A stretch of 64,000 nucleotides of DNA from Candidatus Micrarchaeota archaeon (GTDB lineage: Archaea; Micrarchaeota; Micrarchaeia; Micrarchaeales; CABMGC01): positions 9,831 to 73,830 of the forward strand of contig DAHXMW010000003.1 in the NCBI GenBank assembly GCA_027371545.1, written 5' to 3'. The notes beneath the pieces were generated by a model. It was not told where the DNA came from. It saw only the letters and a program-made list of their open reading frames with translations, and made no database searches. Each line of letters starts with the position of its first letter. The stretch's first letter is position 1. A program made the position numbers and the translations under genes. Below, piece by piece: positions 18,395 to 28,091 of the stretch.

Positions 18395-19531
18395 GTGGAA
18401 GGAGGCACAGCAAAGGCGCCGGGAAAGATTCTTTGGATAGGTGGCTATGCCGTTCTTGAGAGACCCTGCGTATCTTATGTCACCACAGTAGATGCATTCA
18501 TAGAGGCAGAGGTAGAGAGGCTAGCTGGAGAGGAGGTAAGGATTATAGCGCCGGAAATAAACCGCAGCGGAAAGGGAAGCGTCGACCCGGCGACAGGAAA
18601 AGTATCGATGGATTGCAGTAGGGAGCTTGAGCTTGCAAGGACAGCAGCGGATGTTGCATGCTCTTATATCTCATCCAAAAAGGTCCGTGTGCGCGGGTTC
18701 GAGCTTAGAACAAAGAGCGCAGGCGCATTTTCGTACAAGGTAAGGTCAGGAAAGGTCTCTAAGAGCGGGCTCGGTAGCAGTGCTGCAGTAAGCGTAGCCG
18801 TAGTTAATGCAATCCTTAAAGCCTTCGGAATACATTACAAATTAGACGAGGCGCACAAGCTTGCACAGATTGCGCACAGCCTTGCGAACGGGAAGGTAGG
18901 AAGCGGATTTGACGTTGCTGCGGCTTCCTATGGGAGCATAATCTACACACGTTATTCCGCAGGATTGATTGAAGGCATTGGAGACCGCGATGGATTTGGA
19001 AGGAAGCTCTCCGGCATGGTGGAGATGGAATGGGATTATGCAATCGAGCCGCTTCAGCTGCCTGAGAGATTCAATATCGCGTTCGCAAGCTTTAAGGACA
19101 GGGGCATGGAGACAAATGCAGCGGTAGGAAGCGTCTCTTCGTATAAGCGAGATAATCCTGGTTCTTACTCAAAGTTGATAAAGGAGATGGATATCTATGA
19201 CAGGGCAGCAGTGGATTCGCTCAGGAGGATGCGCAGCGGAGAGAGTGCTGAACGGGATTTTTGCGCTGCATTCGAAAAAGGAAGGGAAGTTTCAAAGAAG
19301 CTTGGGGAGGCAAGTGGCGTTGAGATAGAGCCTGATGAATGCACTGAGTTGATAGAGGAAAGCAAGGAGAATGGCGCTCTTGTTGCAAAGCTTCCAGGAG
19401 CTGGAGGGAGGGATGCGATTGCTGCGCTCTCCGTAGGAGAGAAGAACCACTCTAAGCTCATTGATTTCTGGAAGGGCAGGAAGGAGTTGGAGGTTATCGA
19501 TATAGGATCCGATAACAAAGGAGTGCGCTGA
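18395..19531 (+). CDS. Phosphomevalonate kinase (GHMP, ERG8-like)
   Basis: APGKILWIGGYAVLE, KSGLGSSAA, GKVGSGFDVAAASYG, PGAGGRD; adjacent to mvaD. Confidence 0.85.
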   Translation: MEGGTAKAPGKILWIGGYAVLERPCVSYVTTVDAFIEAEVERLAGEEVRIIAPEINRSGKGSVDPATGKVSMDCSRELELARTAADVACSYISSKKVRVRGFELRTKSAGAFSYKVRSGKVSKSGLGSSAAVSVAVVNAILKAFGIHYKLDEAHKLAQIAHSLANGKVGSGFDVAAASYGSIIYTRYSAGLIEGIGDRDGFGRKLSGMVEMEWDYAIEPLQLPERFNIAFASFKDRGMETNAAVGSVSSYKRDNPGSYSKLIKEMDIYDRAAVDSLRRMRSGESAERDFCAAFEKGREVSKKLGEASGVEIEPDECTELIEESKENGALVAKLPGAGGRDAIAALSVGEKNHSKLIDFWKGRKELEVIDIGSDNKGVR

Positions 19532-19534
19532 GTG

Positions 19535-22500
19535 CTACCTTTTCTTAGTGCGCTTGTGCGCGGTGGCAAGGAGGTATGCGGCAATTGCGATTAATATCAG
19601 CACTATGGCAATAATCGCATACGCCGAAGTTTCGTTCTTCTGGCTGGCCGATTTAGGCGTTGCTTCTCCGACTGGAGCAGTGGTAAGTTGGGTTATATTC
19701 GCAATGCTGGTTGTGTATGGGGTGGAGGTTGTTGTTGCATTGACATGGTCTGAGTTTTTCTGGGTGTTATTGGTTGTAGGAGAAGCGTAGAGCAGGCCAA
19801 TCACAGGATCTGGAGGCACCTCAAAGGATATGCGGCATTGTGCCGGTTCTACGCTGTAATTGTTTATCTCTTTCCACGTGCCGTTCACTATTAGGTACGG
19901 GTACAACCGTGACGCATTCTCGCTGCAGTTGTATAGCAGGTATGCATATTGAGTAGTAGTGTCGGGATTTGAGACGCTGAGGTTTACAGCATATATCAGC
20001 CTGTAGCCTGATGGGGCCTTTGGCAGAAGAGTCTTATTAGGAGATGAGATAACTACAACGTGGGCCGAAGAATTCGCAGAGATTGAGGTTATTGTCAGCA
20101 GGAGATGGCCTTTGGAGTAATTAATAAGCTCGTCCATTGTGGGACGCAGTATAACGGTTTCTCGCATCGTGGCATTCGATGCGCTGGATGATTGGTTTGA
20201 ATTCGGCTTCTGCGATTCCCCAACAGCTCCACTCGAAGAAGAAGGAGGAGGAACGTATGGCATTATGTAGTAAGTATATGATATTGACTTTGCGGTATAA
20301 TTTGCATTTCCAGGAGTATTTAACTCGAATTCGTAGGTATTGACTGCAGCTGGAGATCTGTAGGATATTGAGTTGGAGGAGCTCCCCATAATAGTGCCAT
20401 TCAGGTACATCTCGGCAGATAACTGGTTCATGTATGTTCCTATTGCCGCAACTGTCGTGCAGCCCATGCCATCGTACATGTAGCTGCCGCACTCTGATGT
20501 GAAGTTTAGGTAAGGAGTAGCTTTGTATATTGTGTAGTTTGCAAATGTAACATTCTCAGGGTATGTCGCATTGGGTTCGCTTGCAAATTTTATCGAGTAT
20601 GCACCTGCAGCAGCCGGAACTTTGTAAGAAATGGAGTTGGAAGATGCCGTAGTTGAGGCAACGAGGGAGTAGGGGCTGCCGTCTTTTGATATGTAAAGCA
20701 TGCCTGACAGCCCTTTTGGATATACGTAAGCTGCAATGGTCGCGTTGGTTCCGTTGTATTCAAAGCTTGCAGGAGCATTAAGCGTTATCTTCGCATGCTT
20801 ATCCGTAAACCCGAAGAGGCTGGGCTTTATGTACTTCTCGACCCATGCGGATGTTATTCCGTGTGGAACCTCGTTTGCAGATAATCCGAAGTCATGAGGA
20901 TGGAGTATCATTCCATAAATCTCTGTGCCGTATGCCGCTAGAGGCCCAGGTTCATCTGTTATGTTGGTTGCAAGGTTTCCCAGGACATATACGTTTCCAT
21001 TCTTCCATGCGCTGGTGCTATTTATCCCGGGTATTGAAGACAGGAGCTGCGTCGTGTTTGTAATGTTATCGACAAATACGCTTGCTATTATCACATCAGG
21101 ATTAGATGAGAGCAAAGTTGATACCGAAGGCGATGGATAGAAGCCGGGATATATGTCATTCCCTCCCGCAGCGCGTATCTCTGAGCCTATGAATGATTGA
21201 TTGCCATCCACATACATTGTCCCGTAGTCATAGTAACTTATCATTGCGACTGTTTGGATGGGAGAGGATGCGACAGAGTTTGTTACATTCCCGGCTATTG
21301 ATCTCATCCCCTGTACGACTTCCAGGCCCTTCGTTGTCTTTCCTGTAGTGTTTGCAACTAGCATGACATCGTTTTCTACCTGCGTGAGATTGTAATCGAA
21401 GTCTCCGCCCAGGGCCACCGCAGTTATGTTTGCCTCTTTCATGTCAGATATTCCGCTCGTCAGGCTGCTGTAAAACGCGCCGGAATCTACAGGCACGTAA
21501 TTTGAGCTTGAGTTTATGAGCCCAGGGACAAATTCAGGCACCTCGAAATAGTCGCCGAGATTGGCTATGCTTGAGTTCTCCTTTATTCCGAAAGGAGCAA
21601 GTGCGCTTTCGGATATGGAAGACATGCCCACTACGTCAGTGCCAAGGCCCAAGGCGTATACTATCTGCCCGATTGAAGGTATCAGTATGCCTATTCTCGG
21701 CGCATGCACCGCGGTAATGTTCCTGCCTAGCCAATCCCTAGATAGAGGCACCGTTGGGCTTGCAGTTATGAAATAGTACTGGATGTTCTGCACTGCCCCA
21801 TATATTGGCGTACCTTCCGATGTATCATTTATTGCTACGTCAAGCGTCCCTTCCTCATATGAATTGTCAGAGGTATAGGTTACTGTGCATAAATGCGAAT
21901 CTGAAGCGCATGACGGGCTCAGCAAGATTCCATTTGAATTCCCCTGCCCGCTGAAATTCCAGTTGAAGTTATAGACTCCGGTCCCTCCGCTTATTCTTGT
22001 GCTGTTGAGGGCATTTATTGTATACTCCTTGCCATATGTAAGGTTTATTACAGGGAACGGGGCGGTGAAGTAGAACCCAGAAGAGTTGTAGTTTGTAGAT
22101 ATGCTGAGAGGAGGGTAGATTTTTACCAGAGGCACGTTTGCGGTCATTGTATTCTCTGGAGAGTTGGATATTATTGCGTTGAATGCCCATGAACCTGTCT
22201 CGGTAGATGCATTTACATTGAATACGTTGCTTCCGATTCCGATACCTATGGAAGAATTGCTAGGATATGCGGTTATGTTTAGCCAGAGTACGTTTCCACT
22301 CGCCGCATATGTTGGTGTGTTGCCGGAGATGCCGTTGGACTGGTAGTAAGAAACAGATACGTTGTATGCAGGCGCTGTGCCTGGCAGCGTTATCTTGAAC
22401 GACGCATATTGGCCCACATCCAGATTGTATCCGCCTGCGTTGTTTGGGCTGATGGCGAGTAATGTAGTGTTTGCGTGCATATTTATTGCAATGAGTGCGA

Positions 22501-22588
22501 ACATGACAACTGCAAGGGCGTATTTTTGGGTAATTCGGCAGGTCGGCATGTTAATACCATATGTTGTATATTTTTTACAAACACCCAC
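19535..22588 (-). CDS. Large multidomain ABC substrate-binding protein (Fe-siderophore/B12 type) with surface domains and C-terminal TM
   Basis: Central D.LGRNIT...PRIGILIPS...YALG...AAGG.DI...NPDVII...AWKNGNVY...PGP binding domain; divergent from permease and ATPase. True start may be downstream (about 22549). Confidence 0.8.
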   Translation of the reverse strand: MGVCKKYTTYGINMPTCRITQKYALAVVMFALIAINMHANTTLLAISPNNAGGYNLDVGQYASFKITLPGTAPAYNVSVSYYQSNGISGNTPTYAASGNVLWLNITAYPSNSSIGIGIGSNVFNVNASTETGSWAFNAIISNSPENTMTANVPLVKIYPPLSISTNYNSSGFYFTAPFPVINLTYGKEYTINALNSTRISGGTGVYNFNWNFSGQGNSNGILLSPSCASDSHLCTVTYTSDNSYEEGTLDVAINDTSEGTPIYGAVQNIQYYFITASPTVPLSRDWLGRNITAVHAPRIGILIPSIGQIVYALGLGTDVVGMSSISESALAPFGIKENSSIANLGDYFEVPEFVPGLINSSSNYVPVDSGAFYSSLTSGISDMKEANITAVALGGDFDYNLTQVENDVMLVANTTGKTTKGLEVVQGMRSIAGNVTNSVASSPIQTVAMISYYDYGTMYVDGNQSFIGSEIRAAGGNDIYPGFYPSPSVSTLLSSNPDVIIASVFVDNITNTTQLLSSIPGINSTSAWKNGNVYVLGNLATNITDEPGPLAAYGTEIYGMILHPHDFGLSANEVPHGITSAWVEKYIKPSLFGFTDKHAKITLNAPASFEYNGTNATIAAYVYPKGLSGMLYISKDGSPYSLVASTTASSNSISYKVPAAAGAYSIKFASEPNATYPENVTFANYTIYKATPYLNFTSECGSYMYDGMGCTTVAAIGTYMNQLSAEMYLNGTIMGSSSNSISYRSPAAVNTYEFELNTPGNANYTAKSISYTYYIMPYVPPPSSSSGAVGESQKPNSNQSSSASNATMRETVILRPTMDELINYSKGHLLLTITSISANSSAHVVVISSPNKTLLPKAPSGYRLIYAVNLSVSNPDTTTQYAYLLYNCSENASRLYPYLIVNGTWKEINNYSVEPAQCRISFEVPPDPVIGLLYASPTTNNTQKNSDHVNATTTSTPYTTSIANITQLTTAPVGEATPKSASQKNETSAYAIIAIVLILIAIAAYLLATAHKRTKKR

Positions 22589-22722
22589 AAAGTATGGTGG
22601 TGTGTCTATTTAAATGTTGGCTTTCAAAAAGTAAGAGGAAGATAAAATGGGGCAGGATGCATTAATAAAAGCCTTTGCCGAGCTGGGCAGATCTGGGCCT
22701 CTTCGGAGCTGTAGATGATTGC

Positions 22723-23739
22723 ATGGCAGCCAAGCGTCTTGGGAGAATAGCACTGCAGTTGATGGCGCTTATTGCAATCCTCGTCGCACTTCTCATCCTC
22801 AATCTTATGGTGGGGAGCGTTTACATACCTCTGGAAGATGTGCTGCACCCCGCAGGCGTGTATTGGGAGATAATTTACATAATAAGGCTTCCGGAGGCCG
22901 TGGGCGCGGTTATAGCAGGGGCAAGCCTGGCAGTTGCCGGCGCAGTCATGCAGGCGGTCTTCAGAAACCCGCTGGCAGAGCCGTATGTTACCGGAACCGC
23001 ATCCGGAGCTGTGCTCGGGGTATTGTGCGGATTTGCGCTAGGAATTCTTGTGCACGGGCTCTTCGGCTTTGCACTCTTTCTCGAGCCGCTCTTCGGCTTT
23101 GCAGGAGCAATGCTGGCTACATTTCTAGTGATAATGATAGGGAGGAGGGGCGAGTGGCTTAGCCTTATTCTTTCCGGGATAGCGATATCTATACTCTTCT
23201 CCGCTATGATAATGCTTCTTGATTCTTATCTTCTTGCCCGCACAGCATCCTCGTTCTCCATACTGCTGCTCCTCTTCGGCACCCTGGCGAATCTCAATGC
23301 CACTACCGATGCGCTTATGGCCGTTATAGCTGTTCCTTGCATACTCTGCGCCTTCTACTGCTCTAAGAGGCTTAACCTGATAATGATAAGCGACGAAGTT
23401 GCACAGTCTTCAGGAACCAATCCCAGAAGATTCAGGAAGATGATGCTAGTCCTGAGCGGGGTTCTTACAGCTGCTGCGCTCTCTTTTACCGGCATAATAG
23501 GCTTTGTAGGCCTAATAACACCGCACATAGTACGGCTTTTTGGAAGGAATGTGGATAATGCATATGTTATACCTCTCGCAGCAGTGCTTGGTGCATCAGT
23601 GCTGCTTCTGTCGAACGCAATAGCGAGAGTGGCCATACCTGGCACTACTGTGCCAATAACGGCAATAACAAGCATTATAGGAGTACCCATGTTAATGTAC
23701 ATTATAAGGAAGGGGGATTTCTTTGGAAGATCATATTAA
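22723..23739 (+). CDS. FecCD/BtuC-family ABC permease
   Basis: IRLPE, LAVAGAVMQAVFRNPLAEPY..G..SGA, GIIGFVGLITPH. Confidence 0.92.
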   Translation: MAAKRLGRIALQLMALIAILVALLILNLMVGSVYIPLEDVLHPAGVYWEIIYIIRLPEAVGAVIAGASLAVAGAVMQAVFRNPLAEPYVTGTASGAVLGVLCGFALGILVHGLFGFALFLEPLFGFAGAMLATFLVIMIGRRGEWLSLILSGIAISILFSAMIMLLDSYLLARTASSFSILLLLFGTLANLNATTDALMAVIAVPCILCAFYCSKRLNLIMISDEVAQSSGTNPRRFRKMMLVLSGVLTAAALSFTGIIGFVGLITPHIVRLFGRNVDNAYVIPLAAVLGASVLLLSNAIARVAIPGTTVPITAITSIIGVPMLMYIIRKGDFFGRSY

Positions 23740-24472
23740 ACTTGTGGATTTCAGTGCAGGGTACGGGAAGGAAGATGTGATAAGCGGCGTGTATGCGGAG
23801 ATAAGGAAGCCAGGGATAAACACCATACTTGGGAGGAATGGCTCAGGCAAGACAACACTCCTTAGATCACTGATAAAGTATACGGGCAGAAGTAGTGGAA
23901 AGGCCCTTTTCGGCGATCTTGATATCGAGGGCATACGCATAGAGGATCTCCCATGCTACGTCTCTTATTCTCCGGCAATCATAAATGAGAGCATGGGCTT
24001 CACTGCAATAAACATGGTCTCTAGCGCAAGGAAAGGGAGAGGGTGGGTGGAGAAGGATGATGCAATGAAGGCGCTTAGGCTGCTCAATGCATCTTCTCTC
24101 GCTGACAGGAATTTCAGCGAACTTAGCGCTGGGCAGATGAGGATAGTCTTAATAGCCCGTGCAGTGGCCTCAGGATCACCCACTATAATGCTTGATGAGC
24201 CGACATCCAACCTTGACGTAGCAAACAAGGCTGCGGTGATAAGAATCATGAGGGAGCTCTCTTCACAGGGGTTCTCGCTCTTGGCCGCAACGCACGATCT
24301 TGAAGTAGCCTTTGCAAGCGACTGGATAATAGCTATGAAGGATGGAAAAGTTATAAGAAGCGGGGCGAGAGATGATATTATCAGCAGCGCTTCCCTTTCA
24401 GAGCTTTACGGGACGCGGATACGTGTGCTTAGAAGGAAGGGAAAGGCGATCGCCTATGCAGCAGATCTCTAA
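23723..24472 (+). CDS. ABC ATPase (FecE/BtuD-like)
   Basis: GRNGSGKT, LSAGQ, LDEPT, THD. Confidence 0.92.
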   Translation: MEDHIKLVDFSAGYGKEDVISGVYAEIRKPGINTILGRNGSGKTTLLRSLIKYTGRSSGKALFGDLDIEGIRIEDLPCYVSYSPAIINESMGFTAINMVSSARKGRGWVEKDDAMKALRLLNASSLADRNFSELSAGQMRIVLIARAVASGSPTIMLDEPTSNLDVANKAAVIRIMRELSSQGFSLLAATHDLEVAFASDWIIAMKDGKVIRSGARDDIISSASLSELYGTRIRVLRRKGKAIAYAADL

Positions 24473-24491
24473 ACCTGGGATTCTTATCCAT

Positions 24492-24566
24492 GGGCATGTG
24501 GTGTAACTTGGACAGCATGGCAGCTTCCGGAGCTGTTGGCTGCGGGTTCAAATCCCGCCATGCCCG
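24492..24566 (+). tRNA. tRNA-Arg (CCG)
   Basis: Acceptor GGGCATG/CATGCCC, anticodon arm GCAGC-TTCCGGA-GCTGT, T arm GCGGG-TTCAAAT-CCCGC; no encoded CCA. Confidence 0.93.
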
Positions 24567-24779
24567 CCTCTTTGCATAACTGTAGTTGTATGGCTTTTTA
24601 TGCAGGATGGAAACGTTGTAGCATTACGAACTGAACAGCATTTGGTGCAGCATGTGGCGCGTGCGTATGGAGCTACGGCAATATCCAGATTATCAGAACG
24701 TTAAGATGGTGCAAACAGGCTGAAATCTACGCCGAATGTTTATATATGAAAAAAGGCATATGGTAAAGGCGTTGATATA

Positions 24780-25172
24780 ATGCCACACTATGGATATACA
24801 AGAGCAGTTCAGGCAGGTAAGGAGATGGCAATGGCAAGACAGTCAGCAAAGCTCGCTGAGATGGAAAAGGACCCTGTAAAGAGAGGTGAAGTATATGAGC
24901 GCGCTGCTGGAGTTGCATTCAGAAGGGCGGAGCACACCTTGTTTTCAGATCCAGGAAGCAGATATAGCATTGGTGTGAAGTGGGCTACTGAGGCCGCAAA
25001 GGCATTTGACGAGGCAGGGCTAAGCGAAAGGGCTGCAGAGAACAGGCAGAAAGCAGAACATTATGCGAAGTTTGCAGGTGGCAGCGGGCAGGGTAGCCAA
25101 AGTCTGCTGGAAGTTTCACTGCGGCTTGATGAAAATCTTGAGAATATTGCAAGAGATACCAAGAGATCTTGA
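24780..25172 (+). CDS. Hypothetical helical protein
   Basis: 130-aa Ala/Glu/Lys-rich ORF filling the gap; start may be the later MAMARQ. Confidence 0.6.
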   Translation: MPHYGYTRAVQAGKEMAMARQSAKLAEMEKDPVKRGEVYERAAGVAFRRAEHTLFSDPGSRYSIGVKWATEAAKAFDEAGLSERAAENRQKAEHYAKFAGGSGQGSQSLLEVSLRLDENLENIARDTKRS

Positions 25173-25239
25173 ATTGACAAGCAGGAGATTGATTACGCTT
25201 ATACATTATTGAAAAGGGCAGCAGACCTTCTGACGTCCC

Positions 25240-25995
25240 TTATATCAGGTTAACAAGGAAGCCTATGATAAACCCTATGAATATTCCTGCATAGGTAAGC
25301 CGTCTCTCTTGATGCCCCATATCCTTGAACTGATGCCTTATCATCGGCAGCACCACATAGAGTATTGCACCTATTGCCAATCCGTCAAAGAAGATGTTGA
25401 AGTATAATGAGCTGTAGTAGAACCCCGCCGCTGCGCCGATTACCGTAGGAAGGCTGCCAACAAGGAAGAGCACCAGCATTACGCTGAGCCTCTTGTCCCC
25501 ATGGTTTATGAAAGGCGCAGCTATTGGAAAACCTTCAGTCATATCCTGCAGGGCAAAGCCTACAAGCACGACAAGCGCCACGCCTGAGAAGAGGCCTGAT
25601 GCTGCAGAGATGGAGCCGAACACCAGACCCTCGGTGAGGTTCTGCAAACCTATCCCTACAGCTATCATCAGGGACATCTTCTCCTTTGAGAGGCCTTCCC
25701 TGGAGCTATTTTCGAAGTAATAAAGCATGAAGAACCCTACCACCAGTGCAACGGCAAAGAGTATGCTGAGATGCGGGTTTGCACCATAACCGTAGAGGGA
25801 AGTTGACGAGTAGAGGCTCTGTGAGACATCAGAGAATATGTCTGCAAGTAGAAAGAGGAGTATGCCTATTGCGATAGCATTGAGCAGCCTTGTCGCTCGT
25901 GCGCTTGTTTTTTTTCGTAGTACAATTGGCAAGGACAGGTATATGGAGAACCCCATTATAACTGAGAATATCATTGTGCCTATGAAGTACCCCAT
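25240..25995 (-). CDS. ZIP-family divalent metal transporter
   Basis: About 8 TM; IGLQNLTEG and LQDMTEG motifs; AIGAILYV. Confidence 0.85.
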   Translation of the reverse strand: MGYFIGTMIFSVIMGFSIYLSLPIVLRKKTSARATRLLNAIAIGILLFLLADIFSDVSQSLYSSTSLYGYGANPHLSILFAVALVVGFFMLYYFENSSREGLSKEKMSLMIAVGIGLQNLTEGLVFGSISAASGLFSGVALVVLVGFALQDMTEGFPIAAPFINHGDKRLSVMLVLFLVGSLPTVIGAAAGFYYSSLYFNIFFDGLAIGAILYVVLPMIRHQFKDMGHQERRLTYAGIFIGFIIGFLVNLI

Positions 25996-26225
25996 CCCAT
26001 ATCCTCTCTGCTTTTATAATCCAGTTATATTACTTAACTTATAAATATGCTGGGATGCTGATTGCTTCCCGGAGTCTAGCGGAGCAGGTAAGAAGCAGGG
26101 AGTATGGCAGATACGCAGACTCCGGAGGTGTTGTATGCTGCAAGGGAAGGCAGGCATTGCCAGTAACTTTATGAGGCATGGGTGCAGCTGCCTGCTGTTC
26201 TTCTGCGGATTTTTGGATGGATTGA

Positions 26226-27422
26226 TTATGATATTCGCAGAAGTCCATTCATGCCTGCAGTTATGCCAGAAGCATCCTGAGAATAGAGTTTGTATGCATA
26301 GCGGGCATTTGCCTCCCCTTCCTCATACCATTTGGGATCCTTTGCCTTGTTTGCCCTCTCTACATTAGCCTCTATTCCTGGATGGCCGCCAGGCAATTCG
26401 GTTATGCCTATCTTCCTGTACATTCCCTCCCTCATCGGGATGTTCTCTGCACTTGTCCAGTCAAGGAATCCTGGTGCGCCTCTGCTCTTTATGAAAGCTT
26501 CAAACTGGCTGAAGAGCTGTGTGCCAATGCCCATCTGCTGCACGCCAAGGCTAATTGCACCCTTTGCCTTCTCCGCATCGGGCTTTACGGTGAGGTCTAC
26601 AACATACCACATCTTCCTTAGCGTATCTTCGCCAAACCTTGCCTTCAAGACATCTATTGCGGGCTGCACTTCTGTGCTGTGGCTGTCCAGAACGCTTGCA
26701 AAGCTTACCGCCATAAGGCTGCCGAGTACATTGCCAGACTTGTCACGAGCCACGAATACTGCGCCACCTTTAGGATCTGATAGCACCTCTAGCGCTAGCT
26801 GCTTGCCCCAGCTGTAAGGTATCCTCTCCTGGCCTGGGCCTGTACCGTAAAGAGGCCAGTACTCAGAGCCTTCATACGCATTTTTGTATACTAAAGAGAG
26901 CCCATTGAGTACCTTTGCGTTCCCACTGATGAGCTGCTTGTCGGTAAATGTAGATATTGAGACTTCTCTAGGCTTGAGAATATTGTAGGTCTCTGCGAAA
27001 ATCTTCCTGTCTACTATGCCAAAGTCGCCCTTTCCGTATTGCACAAGCCAGTCTCCAGGTTTGCCAACCAATGGCTTCTCGCTCCATGATACGTTTACTG
27101 TGAATGCCCGATCCATCTGAAGGGCAAGTACCTCCATGTTCTTCTTCGCATATAGCCCTTTGGATGCATCTACTGCTTCGTAGGTTTCCTTGAATTTATT
27201 TGCGGGTATGGGCCGTTTCTCGCCTTGAGTGCCAGTCACTATTGCATCGCCAGCCTTGAAAGGCTGTTCGCCTTCCTTTGTCTTTATAGTGCCGTGCTCC
27301 TTGGCAAATTCAACTTTTAGTGGTATTGGCTTCTTTGCTACAGCAAGCGCGTTTGGATTTACAGCCAAATCCATTGCATTGCAGTCCTTTAGTCTCGGTA
27401 CCTGTTTTACCATTGTTGCCAT
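26226..27422 (-). CDS. Tandem PGDYG-like domain fused to a GNAT acetyltransferase
   Basis: KTKEG...AGDAIVTGTQGE...FKETYE and KPGDWLV...IFAETY; C-terminal V.P...QQMGIGTQL and N......YRKIG GNAT motifs. Confidence 0.7.
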   Translation of the reverse strand: MATMVKQVPRLKDCNAMDLAVNPNALAVAKKPIPLKVEFAKEHGTIKTKEGEQPFKAGDAIVTGTQGEKRPIPANKFKETYEAVDASKGLYAKKNMEVLALQMDRAFTVNVSWSEKPLVGKPGDWLVQYGKGDFGIVDRKIFAETYNILKPREVSISTFTDKQLISGNAKVLNGLSLVYKNAYEGSEYWPLYGTGPGQERIPYSWGKQLALEVLSDPKGGAVFVARDKSGNVLGSLMAVSFASVLDSHSTEVQPAIDVLKARFGEDTLRKMWYVVDLTVKPDAEKAKGAISLGVQQMGIGTQLFSQFEAFIKSRGAPGFLDWTSAENIPMREGMYRKIGITELPGGHPGIEANVERANKAKDPKWYEEGEANARYAYKLYSQDASGITAGMNGLLRIS

Positions 27423-27502
27423 AAAACCATCTTGATAATACTTAGTTTTTTTCTTTTATCATATTTTAATATTGGAACAAGTACGGCAATGGTGCTCTGC
27501 AT

Positions 27503-27518
27503 AAGAAAAATATAAATA
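27503..27518 (+). promoter_or_regulatory. BRE/TATA-like promoter upstream of hsp20
   Basis: AAGAAAAATATAAATA; GGGGTGA RBS precedes ATG 27575. Confidence 0.45.
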
Positions 27519-27574
27519 TCTCTTTTGCATTATAATATCTGCCATTTACGATGTCATGCTATAGGGGTGATAGT

Positions 27575-28039
27575 ATGGCTAGAAACGTGAATAGGAATAT
27601 GAATTGGTTGGCTCAGCCAGAGCAGGCATTCGGAGATCCTTTTGGGAAGGTTATAGATCTACTGAATGCACCTGTAAGCTTCAGGGAGCCTTTCTTATTT
27701 GATAGGGAGGATCTGTGGACCTATCCTATGCCTATTGACTTGAGCGAGGATGGGAATAAGTTAGTATTGAAGGCAGATATACCAGGTGTAAAGAAGGAGG
27801 ATATAAAGGTGGACGTGCAGGGCAATAGGGTAGCAATAAGGGCGTCTGCGAATAGAGAGATGGATAGGAAAGGCAAGAATTATTATTACAGCGAACGCGG
27901 CAGCGCAAGCTATTACAGGGAGATAGCCCTGCCGCAGAAGGTAAATGCAAAGAGTGTGAAGGCGAAGTATGAGAACGGAACCCTGGAGCTTGTAATGGAG
28001 GCAGACGAAGAAGGCAAATCCCAGATAAGGATAGAGTAG
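27575..28039 (+). CDS. hsp20: Small heat-shock protein Hsp20
   Basis: ADIPGVKKEDI, YSER...YYREIALP, AKYENGTLEL. Confidence 0.93.
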   Translation: MARNVNRNMNWLAQPEQAFGDPFGKVIDLLNAPVSFREPFLFDREDLWTYPMPIDLSEDGNKLVLKADIPGVKKEDIKVDVQGNRVAIRASANREMDRKGKNYYYSERGSASYYREIALPQKVNAKSVKAKYENGTLELVMEADEEGKSQIRIE

Positions 28040-28091
28040 TGTGCGGTGCGCTGCCCGTACTTACAGATGCGGGCAGCTTATAATCTTGCAA

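Noticed and set aside
26083-26099. SRP-RNA-like CAGG...AGCAG motif
   Set aside because: Lacks the GNRA-capped helix 8 stem, and the region is too short for an archaeal 7S RNA.
24492-27422. Integrated element at tRNA-Arg
   Set aside because: Accessory-looking genes follow the tRNA, but I saw no integrase and no duplicated tRNA 3' end in the window.
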